A stretch of 63,992 nt of DNA, the filler included, from Reticulomyxa filosa (Eukaryota; Protista; Foraminifera): the NCBI GenBank assembly GCA_000512085.1. It is 24 parts of 24 records of this genome, joined end to end, with 100 filler letters (N's around TTAATTAATTAA, not from the genome) between each part and the next. Parts side by side here need not be neighbours in the genome. Positions count along the whole stretch, not along the records: positions 1 to 6,358 come from ASPP01025633.1; positions 6,459 to 12,921 come from ASPP01006106.1; 22 more parts are not named here. The stretch is one strand, 5' to 3'. Position numbers and translations under genes: made by a program. Position 1 is the first letter of the stretch; every line of letters starts with the position of its first letter. The notes beneath the pieces were generated by a model. That model worked only from the letters and a program-made list of their open reading frames with translations, ran no database searches and had not been told where the DNA came from. Shown in pieces: positions 1 through 12,053 of this stretch.

Positions 1-101
1 TTATTATTATTATTATTATTATTTATTGTCATTGTTGTCATTTTTTCATTCATTTGTTTATTTGTAAATTGTCAGTGAAAAAAAAAAAGATAATGCCAAA
101 C

Positions 102-947
102 TCTGTCCCACAAGCCAGGCGCAGGTCTATGAATACCCCAACGTGGGCCTTCGATTTCTCCTCTTTGGTCATCAGGGTCACCCAACACATTCATGACTCT
201 ACCCAACACACTTTTGCCCACAGGCACTTGGATGGGCCCTTTGAGCCACGTCAGCTCCATGCCTGGGAACAGGTCGTACGGGTCCTCCATGGTAATGCAT
301 CGGACCAGGCTTTCTCCCTCCCAGCAGGCCACTTCCATCACAATTCGATCTTGCGTCCCTCGCACTTCGAACGCGTCCCAAATGGCGCAATGCACATCCG
401 GTCGCAACTTCAGGTCGACCACCACACCGTTAATGGCTACAATCACCGCGTCGGATTCCGTGTCGGGATCAGGTTTTTTGTTGAAACGCGCGTATGGATC
501 AAAGGCCGGGCCAGGGTCTTCCTGGTCTTGGATTTTTTGCAACAGGTAATCCACGACTTCGTCTTTATCTGCCCAATATTCTTTTGCCGCCAATGGCGCT
601 CCCGAAAACCCGGTCAATTTGTCAAATGAAAAAGGTGCATCTGACAAGTTATCCGTTTTTTTTATCGCATAAAATTCTTCTTCTGTTAAAAAGTAATAGC
701 GCAAATCTTTTGGATGGTACTCTGGAAACTGTAACCATCGGTCTGGTATATCATCATTCAATCACGTATACAAATGCAATTTTTTTTTTTTAATGTCATT
801 GTTGTTATTAAAGAGGTGCAACCCCTATTTTTTTTGCGGGGGGTGGGGAGAAAAAATTAAGTAACTTTGAACGCGAGGAACAGAGGCACGGCATGCCTTC
901 ATGAAATATTCACTCGAGTTATGGACATTTCGAGCTAAACGAAACAT
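102..947 (-). CDS. Mitochondrial F1-ATP synthase beta subunit-like protein, 5' part (exons 947-866 and 742-102; continues beyond window start)
   Basis: Exon 1 (MFRLARNVHNSSEYFMKACRASVPRVQ) is Arg/Ser-rich like a transit peptide. It splices in phase (donor GT at 865, acceptor AG at 744-743) to exon 2, which contains IVAINGVVVD...IVMEVA...LVRCITME...PIQVPVGKSVLGRVMNVLGDPDDQRGEI...IHRPAP, matching the F1-beta barrel and the start of the nucleotide domain. The next donor is at 101. Confidence 0.85.
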
Positions 948-2699
948 CGCTGTATATTAGTAAAACCAAATGATGGAAGGGATTTACTTATAATTAATTA
1001 TGACTGAATTTTTCCAACTACTTGAGCTTTTTTTTGTTAATTGTTGTCTTTAAGTCGCTCCACATCAGACAGTCATTTGTTCAATGTCTTATCAACGCTT
1101 TTTTTACTTAATTTATATAAAAATCATCAAGAAGAGATTTGGCCTCTTTTGTCTCGTTTCTTTACTTGCACGTCCAAAAGCGCTTCTTTCGGTTCACGGG
1201 AAAAAATCCAGGAAAAAACAAGTAAATAAATTCAGACATGTCTAAATTGGCTAACTTAGTTTGATATTTGTAGCATGGCCTAATAAGTTTTTAACTGCAA
1301 GTGCAATAACCTTAAAAAAAATTTTATAAAAAGTATCTTGCATGTGCATATTTTCGTGGGGGTCAACATATATATATACATTTAAAAATTAAACAAATGT
1401 ATTTATTGTTAAATGTACTTCTTAATTTGCAAGATTTAATTAAATATTTTGATTTTTTTAAAATTTATTAAAATAGAAATTCTTTTTAAAAGAAATTGAT
1501 AATTTTACTATATTGTCTTTTAAAAAAGCTTTTAGTTTTATTACAAGATCTTTTGTGATAGAATAATACACGATGAAATGATGTATTGAATTGTCATTAA
1601 ACAATAACTTATAAATGAATTTTCAAATAAAAAATACGTTGTGTCATAACAAACAAGAATATATATTATTTCCAATTGGCAGTTTGTTCTTTTTTGTTTG
1701 TCAACAAACAGTGTTTAACGTTGTCAATTTGTTTCAGAAATAGAGTTAAATAACTCATGTGTGTTTTCTGCTGCTGAAAAAGGTGCACAAAATGTGACAT
1801 GAAAGGTTTCGCTATTCTGCGCAATTTAAAACAAAAGAATAATTAATTAAATAAAAGAAAAACAAACAACAAGATTCAGCCAAGTAAAGAGGAAAGACAA
1901 GTCGTGAAAGTGAGTATTGTGTTGTTAGAATAAAGAGGTTCCAAAGCTCACTTGGATTTTACGAGAACTGCTTATTACGGCGTATCATAAGCACTACACT
2001 CAATGCTGCAAAAAGTGATGAAAATTCTTTGTTTTTAATTGTAGTGAGCGGAGTTAATATTTCTTTTGTTACGCAGTTGATAGAGATATTTGAAAAAGTT
2101 TACTTCTTTGTTTACGTGAACACTAGAACAAAAGTAGAATATGAATAAAAGCAAAATATTGTTCATTACATAATCGTCATTCAAAAGTTATTTGTGGTCA
2201 ACTTCCTTACTTTACTCTTGTGCAAATGTCAGATAGAAAAATTAGTGTGCCAAATTCTTTGTCAATACCTAAATCACGACCAGAAATATGTTGAGCAGTG
2301 TTTGTTCTCTTGTCTTGTTGTTTGCAATTCTCTCCAAAAAAAAAGAAATTTACCAAAATGCTATTTTCGACAATGTCAAAATTCATAACTGATGCTCAAA
2401 CATCATATCTGTTTTAGACTAAAAAACTAATGAGTTTGTCAAAATCATTGTTCGCCTCTTTCTTTGAAATACATTGCGTTTCAAAGGTATTACGTGATTA
2501 TAAGTTTTTCTTGTACAATCTTTATTTTATTTTTCTTGGAGAATATTACTTAATAAAGATATTGATTGAGTCTTGCAATAAAAAAAAAGGAAAGTCAATG
2601 CATTTGCGTATTAGCTTTTTGCCACGAAAAATTGAGGTAAATAAGATAATGTAACGAAATATTTTTTATAAAGTGATCTCATTGCTATGTATCTGTAGC

Positions 2700-2930
2700 A
2701 ACATCATATAGGTCTCAGGCATTACATATAGGCGACAGTAGATACGTACATTTATTCTACAAGTCTCCAGCCTTAATATATATGTGACATTTGAGATTTA
2801 GGAGTTGATCCTACAAGTATCAGGTCATATATGTTAAGTGCGAAGTTTAGATTTAATCATAATACATTCTACGGCCATATATGTAAAGTGCGACTGTTGA
2901 TATGTAAGTCAGCGAATACGATTCTCTGGC
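2700..2930. repeat. Degenerate ~50-bp tandem repeat
   Basis: CATATATGT(T/A)AAGTGCGA occurs at 2826 and 2876, CTACAAGT at ~2757 and ~2810, and CATATAGG at 2705 and 2724. Confidence 0.4.
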
Positions 2931-4732
2931 GCGCAATGTTGAGTCCAACTCACTACAAAGTCTACTTAGTTCAAATAATATGCTCAATCCATTTATCTCT
3001 TTCTATGTTCGCACATGCATCTTTATTTGTCTAAGCTAATACTTCTCATACGATCGCAAATCGTATAGTCTTCATTTTCGTGTCTTCGTATCTTCGTCGT
3101 CTGAGTAATGTGAATACTTATTATATTGTCGATTCATATTGCAATGATTGTGATTGTGGAATGGTAATGTTAATAATGGTGGATGTGTCAATGTTTAGAC
3201 TTTTTAAAGTTCCATATACATATGTATATATAATATATACTTTTTTAAACAAAAAAAGAAATTTGAACAAAATGAAATGTAATCTTAAATTTGGATTGAA
3301 TAAGAATGAACAAATTTCATTGTCATTGTTGCTTCAATTAACTCCAATAATTAAATGAATTCTGCTTTTTGATTGATTTGGTAAATAAAACAATATCATT
3401 ATGTATTATGTATTATGTAAATACTTAAAAAAAAAAAAATATTTAATTCTTGCATATGTTTGTTTGATAATCGACATTATTAGATCCAGAATAAGTCATT
3501 TTGAAATATTATTCCAGTTCGATCGAATTATCAAAAAGAAAACTTACTTATTTATGGTCATATCAATAATCAAGTTTTTTGAAGACTTTGTATGCCAAAA
3601 TAGATATTTCCAAATATTGGATAAACGTGCTTATTAAAGAATAAATCAGCATACTTGGAGATCCATGATCGAGAATTAAAACGTATAATAATGTAAAATA
3701 TAAAAAAGTCATTTTTGTTTTTCCAAAAGTTATTTATCATATGTAAATGTTTTTTTTACTTTAATTTTCTTTTTGAAAGAATTCAAATCTTTTCATTTAT
3801 AAATATATGTATATATCTATCGCACATACAGACTTTTTCAAATTATCTTTTATAAATGTTACAAATACTGTCAATTGTTGGAGAAAGATTAATCGTTATA
3901 TTCAAAAAGGACTTATTTTTTATCTTAAGTACATTGCACAATTGATTATCATCTTCAAGTATAGAGTTACAAAAATCACTTGGTGCTTTTATAGTCCCAA
4001 CAAAGTTTGTCCATGTTCCAAATCAGTAGACATGATATTATTCTTTAATTTCATATTTATCACAAAGTTCTTCTATATGCCTTAAAAAACTCTTCCGCCG
4101 AATACTTTTGCTTTACTGTGTTCGTTGTCGTTTCAATAAAATGTCACTTCGTATTATTTTTCACAAACTGTGCCTTCGTCAAAGACGAGCCATCAGGATT
4201 CATTTTCTCGTTAACAAGGTAAGAATCATGCACACGACATAATATACTGTCTCTGCCAAACAAATAATCACATACAACTTGACTTTTTTTTTTTGCTATT
4301 AGCTTCAAATGGGTCAAATTTTTGAAGACAGTCCCAAAATTCGTGAGGAATCATCCACTATGTTAATTTTTCGACCTAAATTTTTCGTTTTCAGTTTAAA
4401 CGCTTTTAAACAGTATAACAAACGATCTGCTTTGGCGTTTGTTTAACTTGTGAATTACGTTAGCATGGAATTCGTTGGTGTCGTTCTTTTAAATTGGTTG
4501 AAGGTTATCAATAAAAAAAAATGTTTTTATTAGTTTAATGAGACAGACATCACTAATATACTCTAAAATTTAATTTACTTGTATAGCATTATTCTTCCAT
4601 TTACAGATCTCTTAATCCTATATATTTACTCTTTTATGCAACAAAAACTTTAACCATTCAAAAAAAAAGAAAGAATTATTTTTTTTGTCCGAACGTCTCT
4701 GTATTAAAAGAAAAGCTAAATACAGGCCAACA

Positions 4733-6336
4733 ATGGGAGCACAATGCAGTTGCTGTATGAAACCTTTGACTGAAGGAGAAAGAGTGATTGAAAAAAATCT
4801 CAACGAAGAGCGAATAGAGGTACTTCACAGAACAGCTATTAAAAAAAAAAGACTTACTTCAAGATAAAAAAAAAAATAGAACCAGCAAAAAAAAAGGGTG
4901 TTGCTGCTAGGAGCAGGAAGTAGCGGCAAAAGTACCTTGCTGAAACAAATGGCATTTTTATACAAATATGAAAACAGTATTACTACTTTCAAGTTTTTTT
5001 GTTTTTTTGAATAAACCTTTTTTCTTCCCTTTTTTTAAAAAAAAAAAAATGCATGGACGTTCATGCATAGTACGTTAGGTACGCACGTTTGTGCTTTGTG
5101 TTTCGGGTGATAATAAAATAAAAAAGGTTACCCATCAGAGTATTTGCCTCTTTATCGACGCATGTTAAGTACATATGCAATAAGGAGGGAGGATCTAATT
5201 TTTGTGCTTTATATGTGTATGCGTACATACGATTGTGTGTGTGGTCTGGATTTTGGATGTGAACAATAAAAAAATGGACTGTTGCAACTATTTTGCTGAC
5301 ATTGGGAAAAAAAAAAAAAGTGTGTTGCTGAATGTTCTGACAATATTGCAAGCCGTTTGCCAAAAGGTGAACTTAACTACATTTGATTATATATGTGTAT
5401 ATGTTGAAGAAATAAGTTGTTTTTTTTTTTTTTTGATTGGGGGAACTTGTTGGTGCCGATCCTTGGAAAAGATGAAATTATGGGGTAATAAATGTGCCTC
5501 TGAAAATGCGGAAGCATTCAAAGCCATTACAGATATCAGCACAAGTGACCAAGAACGAATCAGTCCATTGCTAGTGCAGACCATGAAACAACTTTGGAAA
5601 GATGTTTTGTATCTTTTTTTTTTTTTTGATTTTTTTAAAAAGGAAACTTTTTTTTTTTTCCCTCCCCTTCCTATTCTACTCTTAAGCATAAGTAGATATA
5701 GGGAATACAAGTATACATATCGAACACGTTTTTACAACCAACTTCAAAAAAAAAAAAGGAAACAGTACAAAGCACTTTTACAAACCGTGAGACTTTTGGA
5801 ATGTTTGATAATGCACATTATTTCATCAATGACTTGAAACGGATTATGGATCCTGATTATGAACCTACCTTTGATGACATTCTTAGAACGAGGGTTTGTT
5901 TTGTTTTTTTTTTGTATTTTGTATTTGTTTTTTGGAATCAGTCGGATTAAACATAAGAAAAAAAAAAACATTGGTTAATTTTTGGATGAAATGGTAATAA
6001 TGTAATGATGTAATGATGGGGGGGGGGGGGGAGGGAGTATAGACACAAACCACTGGGGTTGTGGAAGAAGAATTCATCTTCAGAAAGTCAAAAGATAAGG
6101 TGCAACGATATGTGATTGTTGATGTCGGCGGTATTTTGCACTTGTGTACAATTTTCAACCACACCCGTCCACATACAATAAGACTACACACGTGCATAAC
6201 GCACATAATACACATTTTGTATGTGTGTGTGTGTGTTGTTTGGAAAGGACAACGAAGCGAACGTTTGAAGTGGATGAATTTGTTCGCTGACTTATTTGCT
6301 GTGTTGTGGGTCTTTGCGCTGAGTTCGTATGATCAG
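4733..6336 (+). CDS. Heterotrimeric G-protein alpha subunit, multi-exon, 3' truncated by contig end
   Basis: MGAQCSCC N-terminus (myristoylation/palmitoylation-like); RVLLLGAGSSGKSTLLKQM P-loop in exon 2 from 4880; YEPTFDDILRTR|TQTTGVVE switch I; DVGG|QRSERLKW switch II; VFALSSYDQ; GT-AG introns. Confidence 0.95.
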
Positions 6337-6358
6337 GTATGACATGTATACGTTTTGA

Positions 6359-6458
6359 NNNNNNNNNNNNNNNNNNNNNNNNNNNNNNNNNNNNNNNNNN
6401 NNTTAATTAATTAANNNNNNNNNNNNNNNNNNNNNNNNNNNNNNNNNNNNNNNNNNNN
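6359..6458. other. Artificial contig linker N44-TTAATTAATTAA-N44. First of 23; the others start at 12922, 14313, 15715, 18710, 24533, 26757, 31725, 33007, 36371, 38981, 40101, 43103, 44751, 46944, 48741, 49845, 55378, 57471, 59250, 60644, 61744, 62869
   Basis: Identical 100-bp N-padded spacer with stops in all six frames. Confidence 0.99.
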
Positions 6459-6879
6459 TTGCGAAAAGAATAACACACTAACTGCAATCTCTTTGTCATT
6501 CTTTAAACTTCTTTTGTTTTCTTTATGACGAAAAAACGTTGAACCTTTTTTATCAATTGAAGAGTTTTCAAAAACACGTTAACGACATGGAAAATACGAT
6601 TGTCAATGTCCGTGACTTATCTCAATGAAAAAAACTTAAACAAAAAAAATCACAAGTTGATTGAAACACATATTACAAATCAGTTTCAACAAAAACTTTT
6701 GCCAATTAAATACATTCATTACTATATATGTTTTCACCAAATTCTAACCTCTATTATATTAAATTTATTAAACTGCATTGAGAGAAGAAAAAGTTTTCTA
6801 ATTTTTAATAGAGACCATAACTCAGTTCAACATATTTCTTGTGAAATTAATAAATTTATTTATATTTCATTTTAACTTA

Positions 6880-7213
6880 TTTATCCAAATGATAACAGTG
6901 ATAAAAATAATACGACGATGTAATTGGTGATAATGGATATACTATTTGTTCTGGATCAGATGATACAAACATTCATAAATTGGATATTAAAGGAATTAAA
7001 CAATCAATTTTATTCAACAGATATGAAGGTAGGGAGTATTATCTGAATAATGGAACAAAAGTATTCGTTTGTGATATATTCATTCAAAAAGGAAGCCAAG
7101 TGTTCAGTGGACATACAAGCGTTGTATGGTCAGTTGAATATTCACCACTGCTTGTATTTGTGTTATTGGATGTAATAAAGGTTTCATTTAGATTTGGGAT
7201 AGGAAAATATTAA
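6880..7213 (+). pseudogene. Degenerate WD40-repeat gene fragment
   Basis: Remnants IGDNGYTICSGSDD and VFSGHTSVVWSVEYSP with frameshifts; same family as the WD40 genes at 40201 and 42303. Confidence 0.7.
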
Positions 7214-8046
7214 TGAACTAAAAAATCACGAATTAATATTTATTTTGAATCAATGAGTTTTTAATATTTATTAATTATTTTTCATACTTGAAGTATCAGT
7301 TTGGTAAGAGGTACGCATTTGTTTTTTGTAAAAAGAATATTGAGTTTTTTAATGTTTTAATAATATTGTGATACTCATATTCGATTCTTACAAAAGAATT
7401 TGCAGTTCTTTATTTGGACACTTTTTAAAAATTTAAAACATTGACAAGATGAGCAACAAAACACAGCACAAAAAAGAATAAAAATTGTCTTTTGATGAAT
7501 ATGCAATTCAAAAAAACGTACGTGATGAAAAACGACTATAATGTCAATAAATTAAATAGATTAAACAACTATAATATTCACATATTGGAAGAGATGAAGA
7601 TAACAACAATTTTCAATTTCATCAATATTTGTGATATTGGACTATTTTTTAAATACGCATATGTGTACAAAATGATGTTATATTGTGTCGATTGGTGAAG
7701 ACGGAAAGAAAATATAAATGTTTCAAAATAAGCACAAATATTTAATCAAAAAAAGATTGATGGTATTTCAAAACAAATTAAAGTTTTACCTTGGAAGAAA
7801 ATGGTACACATTATGGTCATTATAACCATCTTAATGAATAAAATGAACATAAGATATAACTCTAATTAAAGCTAAAAATGCAAAAAGAAAAAGTAAATTA
7901 TTAAACATAAAACAAGCAAAGATAACCAAATAACAACATAGCAAAAAGTTCCAAAAAACTCCGAACAAACTTAAAAGTTAAACAGCTATCTTGGAAAAAG
8001 AAATTCTGTCATAAAAAGGATTAAAACAATCAGTAACTATGAAATA

Positions 8047-8183
8047 AAAAACCAAAACAATATTCAAAACATACACGATTTGTAAATATTTTTAAAGTTA
8101 GGTTTAAATGCTGTTTCGTCATGAAGAAAATCAATAATATATAAATGCCGTTTATGTGTCAATTTTCTTTTGAATCTACTATA
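8047..8183 (+). repeat. Dispersed non-coding repeat (second copy at ~36527-36663)
   Basis: AAAAACCAAAA...TACACGATTTGTA.ATATTTTT...TTAGGT...CATGAA.AAAATCAAT...GTGTCAA.TTT.CTT is shared between two contigs. Confidence 0.7.
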
Positions 8184-9077
8184 AAGCAACCATTCAGAAA
8201 TAATTCACTTTATCAGGCCTATGTATATTTCTGTGTGTTTTTAAGACTTTTGTGCGCACTTTGCAATTTGATCTGACTTTTCATTTACTGAAATTTTGAA
8301 TGCCTTTTATCTAATAATTTTTACTTCGTCTTCTGTGGCTGGAACAGTGATTGCAAATTTGTTCATTATTTTTTATTTTCAGTTTTTTCTAATTTTGGGA
8401 CATTTTTATATTTTTGTTTTTGATTTGTGCTGGCTTGGTTGCATGTATTAGTTTCAGTAATTCTGTTATTAGTGCTAATGTAACACAACTGTGTCGCTAA
8501 GTTCTAGTCGAGAGATTTGCTGAAATCTCAATGCACTTAATAGCAAAAGCTTCAGCAACAGATATGTCGTTGGCATAACATCAAGATTAGTTCAAACTAC
8601 TCACTTTTTTCACAGTAATGGACAGAGATTTTTTTTTAAACGACTAAACAAGCAAAAAATCAAGTAGTGTTTATGAAGTCAATAAAATGAACTTGAAACA
8701 AAGTGCCAACTAGAGTTCCAAAGTAAATTTTTGCATTGACAAAAATAGAAGCAAATCCTAAAGATTATTCAATTTTCTAAACTTATTCTTTTATGGTTGT
8801 TGTAATAGTTTTGTATATAGTGTCTATATCAGCTGAAAGGGAAAAGATGTGCTATTTTGCAGAGAATGCATTTTAGAAGATATTAATCCTTTCCAATTTA
8901 TCGCAATGCAAAAAAAGGTAACACTTATATTCAAATTTTTATCTACTCTACGTGTTTGTCAAAATTTGAAAAATTTTTTTTTGGAACTTGGGTTGTTAAA
9001 AAAAAACTTGAGTTTACAGTTTTTGGTTAGTTTTCTCTCAAGAAAAGCAACTATTATTTTATCATTTCTATTCCAAG

Positions 9078-9491
9078 ATGATTTTTGGAGTGATTGTTCT
9101 TATTGTTATTTTTTGTTTTCTTGGTTATGTTATGTCTTCGAAAGACGAAAATGAAAACACGTCATGGATGACCTTGAAAATGGGATGTCCTGCATGTGAT
9201 AAAGGAATATACAAACGAGCCGTTTGGTATCATGCGTCCGATGGGAAAGAAATACAAATTAATGAAAAAGCAAACGTACGTTGCACAAATGGGCATATGC
9301 ATCCTTTTAAAGATTGGGGCTGGGATTGCGGGAATCACAAGTGTGAATTTAAGTATGCAAAGCCTATATATGTGGCTGCTATAGCTCAACGAGCAATAAA
9401 AATGATGGAAACATTTACTGATGAAAAAATATCTGAACAATGGTTACTTTCATTATGTGCCAATTTAGGCAAACAGTATGGCCTTTGTTGA
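9078..9491 (+). CDS. Small Cys/His-rich (putative Zn-binding) protein with N-terminal hydrophobic segment
   Basis: Intact 137-aa ORF with CPAC, WYH, QINEKANVRC, H, WGWDCGNH motifs followed by an amphipathic helical C-terminus. Confidence 0.7.
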   Translation: MIFGVIVLIVIFCFLGYVMSSKDENENTSWMTLKMGCPACDKGIYKRAVWYHASDGKEIQINEKANVRCTNGHMHPFKDWGWDCGNHKCEFKYAKPIYVAAIAQRAIKMMETFTDEKISEQWLLSLCANLGKQYGLC

Positions 9492-9913
9492 AGAAATAAT
9501 CGAGTAGAGCCAATAGACAAAATTGGATGTGTTTTATGGAAAAAAAAAAGAAATTGGATTGTATTTGTTTGATTTGTGAAAATTGGATTGGCTCTAAAAT
9601 TAAAAAATTTTTTAAAAAGAAATTTTGAAAAAAAATTGGAGAATTTTGTAACAAGTATTTTGTTGAAAAATGAGAAGAGACAAATAAAAAATATAATGGA
9701 TATGAAAGTAAAAGTTTTCTATTTTGTAATATAAAGGAAAAACATATTGATAGATATAGTAGAAAAAAAAATGGAGTAGTGAATTTATGTGAATAAAAGA
9801 TTTTCAAAAAAAACAAAAAAAGTAGTGACTAATTGTATACGTCACAAAAACGGAGGCTAAAAAAAAAACAATTTTTTTATTATTTTTTACTCCAAAATAA
9901 CAATAAAATGAAA

Positions 9914-10783
9914 TTATTCCCAATAACCTCTTTCTACAGCTTTATCCATGCTATCCCAATCAATATTTTGTCTTCCATCATCAATATTCATGCTATCATA
10001 TTTTGTATTTTTGGAGCCAGTAGAAGAATGTCCATCCACATTTGTTATCTCTTTCGAAGTATCTTCATCAAGATTATTACAATCAATATCATGCATCATT
10101 GACCGTTTATCCAATTTTTGGGTTTTAATTGATAATAGTTGATTTACTTGACGTTTTGAATTGGATTTCATTTTTTCTTGTGCATTATAAAATGCATTTG
10201 GATTTTTGCTTACTTCTTCCATTCGATCTCTAATTTGATGACCAGCACCTAAAATTTGTCCAAATCCAAATCCAACTGTTTTTTCATTAAATGTCTTTTT
10301 ATTTAACTTTGATCCAGGATTTAATGGAACATTTTCATTTCTAACAATTCGAACTAAATTATTACGAATCGGCATCAGTCTTTTTTCTATCTCATTAATC
10401 TCATCTTTATTTCTCAAACTTTCCATAAATAAATTCAATTCTGAATAAAATTCTGTTACCTTTGCTTGTGCTAATTCTATAGATTTGTTATCTTTCTCTT
10501 GATAACAATCTTTCAAACTTATTTGTAAAAGATTGACTGATTGTGCCATTCTCATATTTGCCATTTCCAAAGCTTGAGTATCTTTGTTTGTTGCTTTTTC
10601 TTGTAAACGTATAACTCGTAATACTTCATTTAAGTATCGCTTGATAATCGAAAAACAATCATCCATTTGCTCTAGTAATATTTGTTGCATTGCTACATCT
10701 TGTTTTTGCACTACTTCTTGTTCTTGTCTTTGTGATTGCTGTGATTGTTGTTGCTGTGGACCTGAAAAAAACCACCAATTCAT
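9914..10783 (-). CDS. Hypothetical 289-aa helical/coiled-coil protein, copy 1
   Basis: Intronless ORF with a Gln-rich N-terminus and amphipathic helices; identical to 11184-12053. Confidence 0.75.
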   Translation of the reverse strand: MNWWFFSGPQQQQSQQSQRQEQEVVQKQDVAMQQILLEQMDDCFSIIKRYLNEVLRVIRLQEKATNKDTQALEMANMRMAQSVNLLQISLKDCYQEKDNKSIELAQAKVTEFYSELNLFMESLRNKDEINEIEKRLMPIRNNLVRIVRNENVPLNPGSKLNKKTFNEKTVGFGFGQILGAGHQIRDRMEEVSKNPNAFYNAQEKMKSNSKRQVNQLLSIKTQKLDKRSMMHDIDCNNLDEDTSKEITNVDGHSSTGSKNTKYDSMNIDDGRQNIDWDSMDKAVERGYWE

Positions 10784-11183
10784 CTTGTCCTTCTTCTTTG
10801 ATAATCAGTCAGAAAGTGACAGCAAGAGAGGTAACAAGCACTATTACTACCAACACACTTTCAAACTAAACAAACTAAAAAGGAAAACAAAAAAAAAAGT
10901 TGTTTTTTAGTTTGTTAACAGTATACAGTTATTTTATGAATATTTTTTCTTGGTTTATTGTATTAAATAAAGCATAAAAAAATAAAAGATAAAAACGAAA
11001 TAAACCTCAACTTAGCTGGGACTCGTAAAAAAAAAAATAAAGTTAAAAGCGAAAAACTAAAAAACAACTTTTTTTTTTGTTTTCCTTTTTAGTTTGTTTA
11101 GTTTGAAAGTGTGTTGGTAGTAATAGTGCTTGTTACCTCTCTTGCTGTCACTTTCTGACTGATTATCAAAGAAGAAGGACAAG

Positions 11184-12053
11184 ATGAATTGGTGGTTTTT
11201 TTCAGGTCCACAGCAACAACAATCACAGCAATCACAAAGACAAGAACAAGAAGTAGTGCAAAAACAAGATGTAGCAATGCAACAAATATTACTAGAGCAA
11301 ATGGATGATTGTTTTTCGATTATCAAGCGATACTTAAATGAAGTATTACGAGTTATACGTTTACAAGAAAAAGCAACAAACAAAGATACTCAAGCTTTGG
11401 AAATGGCAAATATGAGAATGGCACAATCAGTCAATCTTTTACAAATAAGTTTGAAAGATTGTTATCAAGAGAAAGATAACAAATCTATAGAATTAGCACA
11501 AGCAAAGGTAACAGAATTTTATTCAGAATTGAATTTATTTATGGAAAGTTTGAGAAATAAAGATGAGATTAATGAGATAGAAAAAAGACTGATGCCGATT
11601 CGTAATAATTTAGTTCGAATTGTTAGAAATGAAAATGTTCCATTAAATCCTGGATCAAAGTTAAATAAAAAGACATTTAATGAAAAAACAGTTGGATTTG
11701 GATTTGGACAAATTTTAGGTGCTGGTCATCAAATTAGAGATCGAATGGAAGAAGTAAGCAAAAATCCAAATGCATTTTATAATGCACAAGAAAAAATGAA
11801 ATCCAATTCAAAACGTCAAGTAAATCAACTATTATCAATTAAAACCCAAAAATTGGATAAACGGTCAATGATGCATGATATTGATTGTAATAATCTTGAT
11901 GAAGATACTTCGAAAGAGATAACAAATGTGGATGGACATTCTTCTACTGGCTCCAAAAATACAAAATATGATAGCATGAATATTGATGATGGAAGACAAA
12001 ATATTGATTGGGATAGCATGGATAAAGCTGTAGAAAGAGGTTATTGGGAATAA
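11184..12053 (+). CDS. Hypothetical 289-aa helical/coiled-coil protein, copy 2
   Basis: Identical inverted copy of 9914-10783. Confidence 0.75.
   Translation: MNWWFFSGPQQQQSQQSQRQEQEVVQKQDVAMQQILLEQMDDCFSIIKRYLNEVLRVIRLQEKATNKDTQALEMANMRMAQSVNLLQISLKDCYQEKDNKSIELAQAKVTEFYSELNLFMESLRNKDEINEIEKRLMPIRNNLVRIVRNENVPLNPGSKLNKKTFNEKTVGFGFGQILGAGHQIRDRMEEVSKNPNAFYNAQEKMKSNSKRQVNQLLSIKTQKLDKRSMMHDIDCNNLDEDTSKEITNVDGHSSTGSKNTKYDSMNIDDGRQNIDWDSMDKAVERGYWE

Noticed and set aside
54-629. 191-aa plus-strand ORF and similar antisense ORFs (e.g. 44877-46500, 20058-22271)
   Set aside because: Shadows of real genes on the opposite strand in GC-richer coding DNA.
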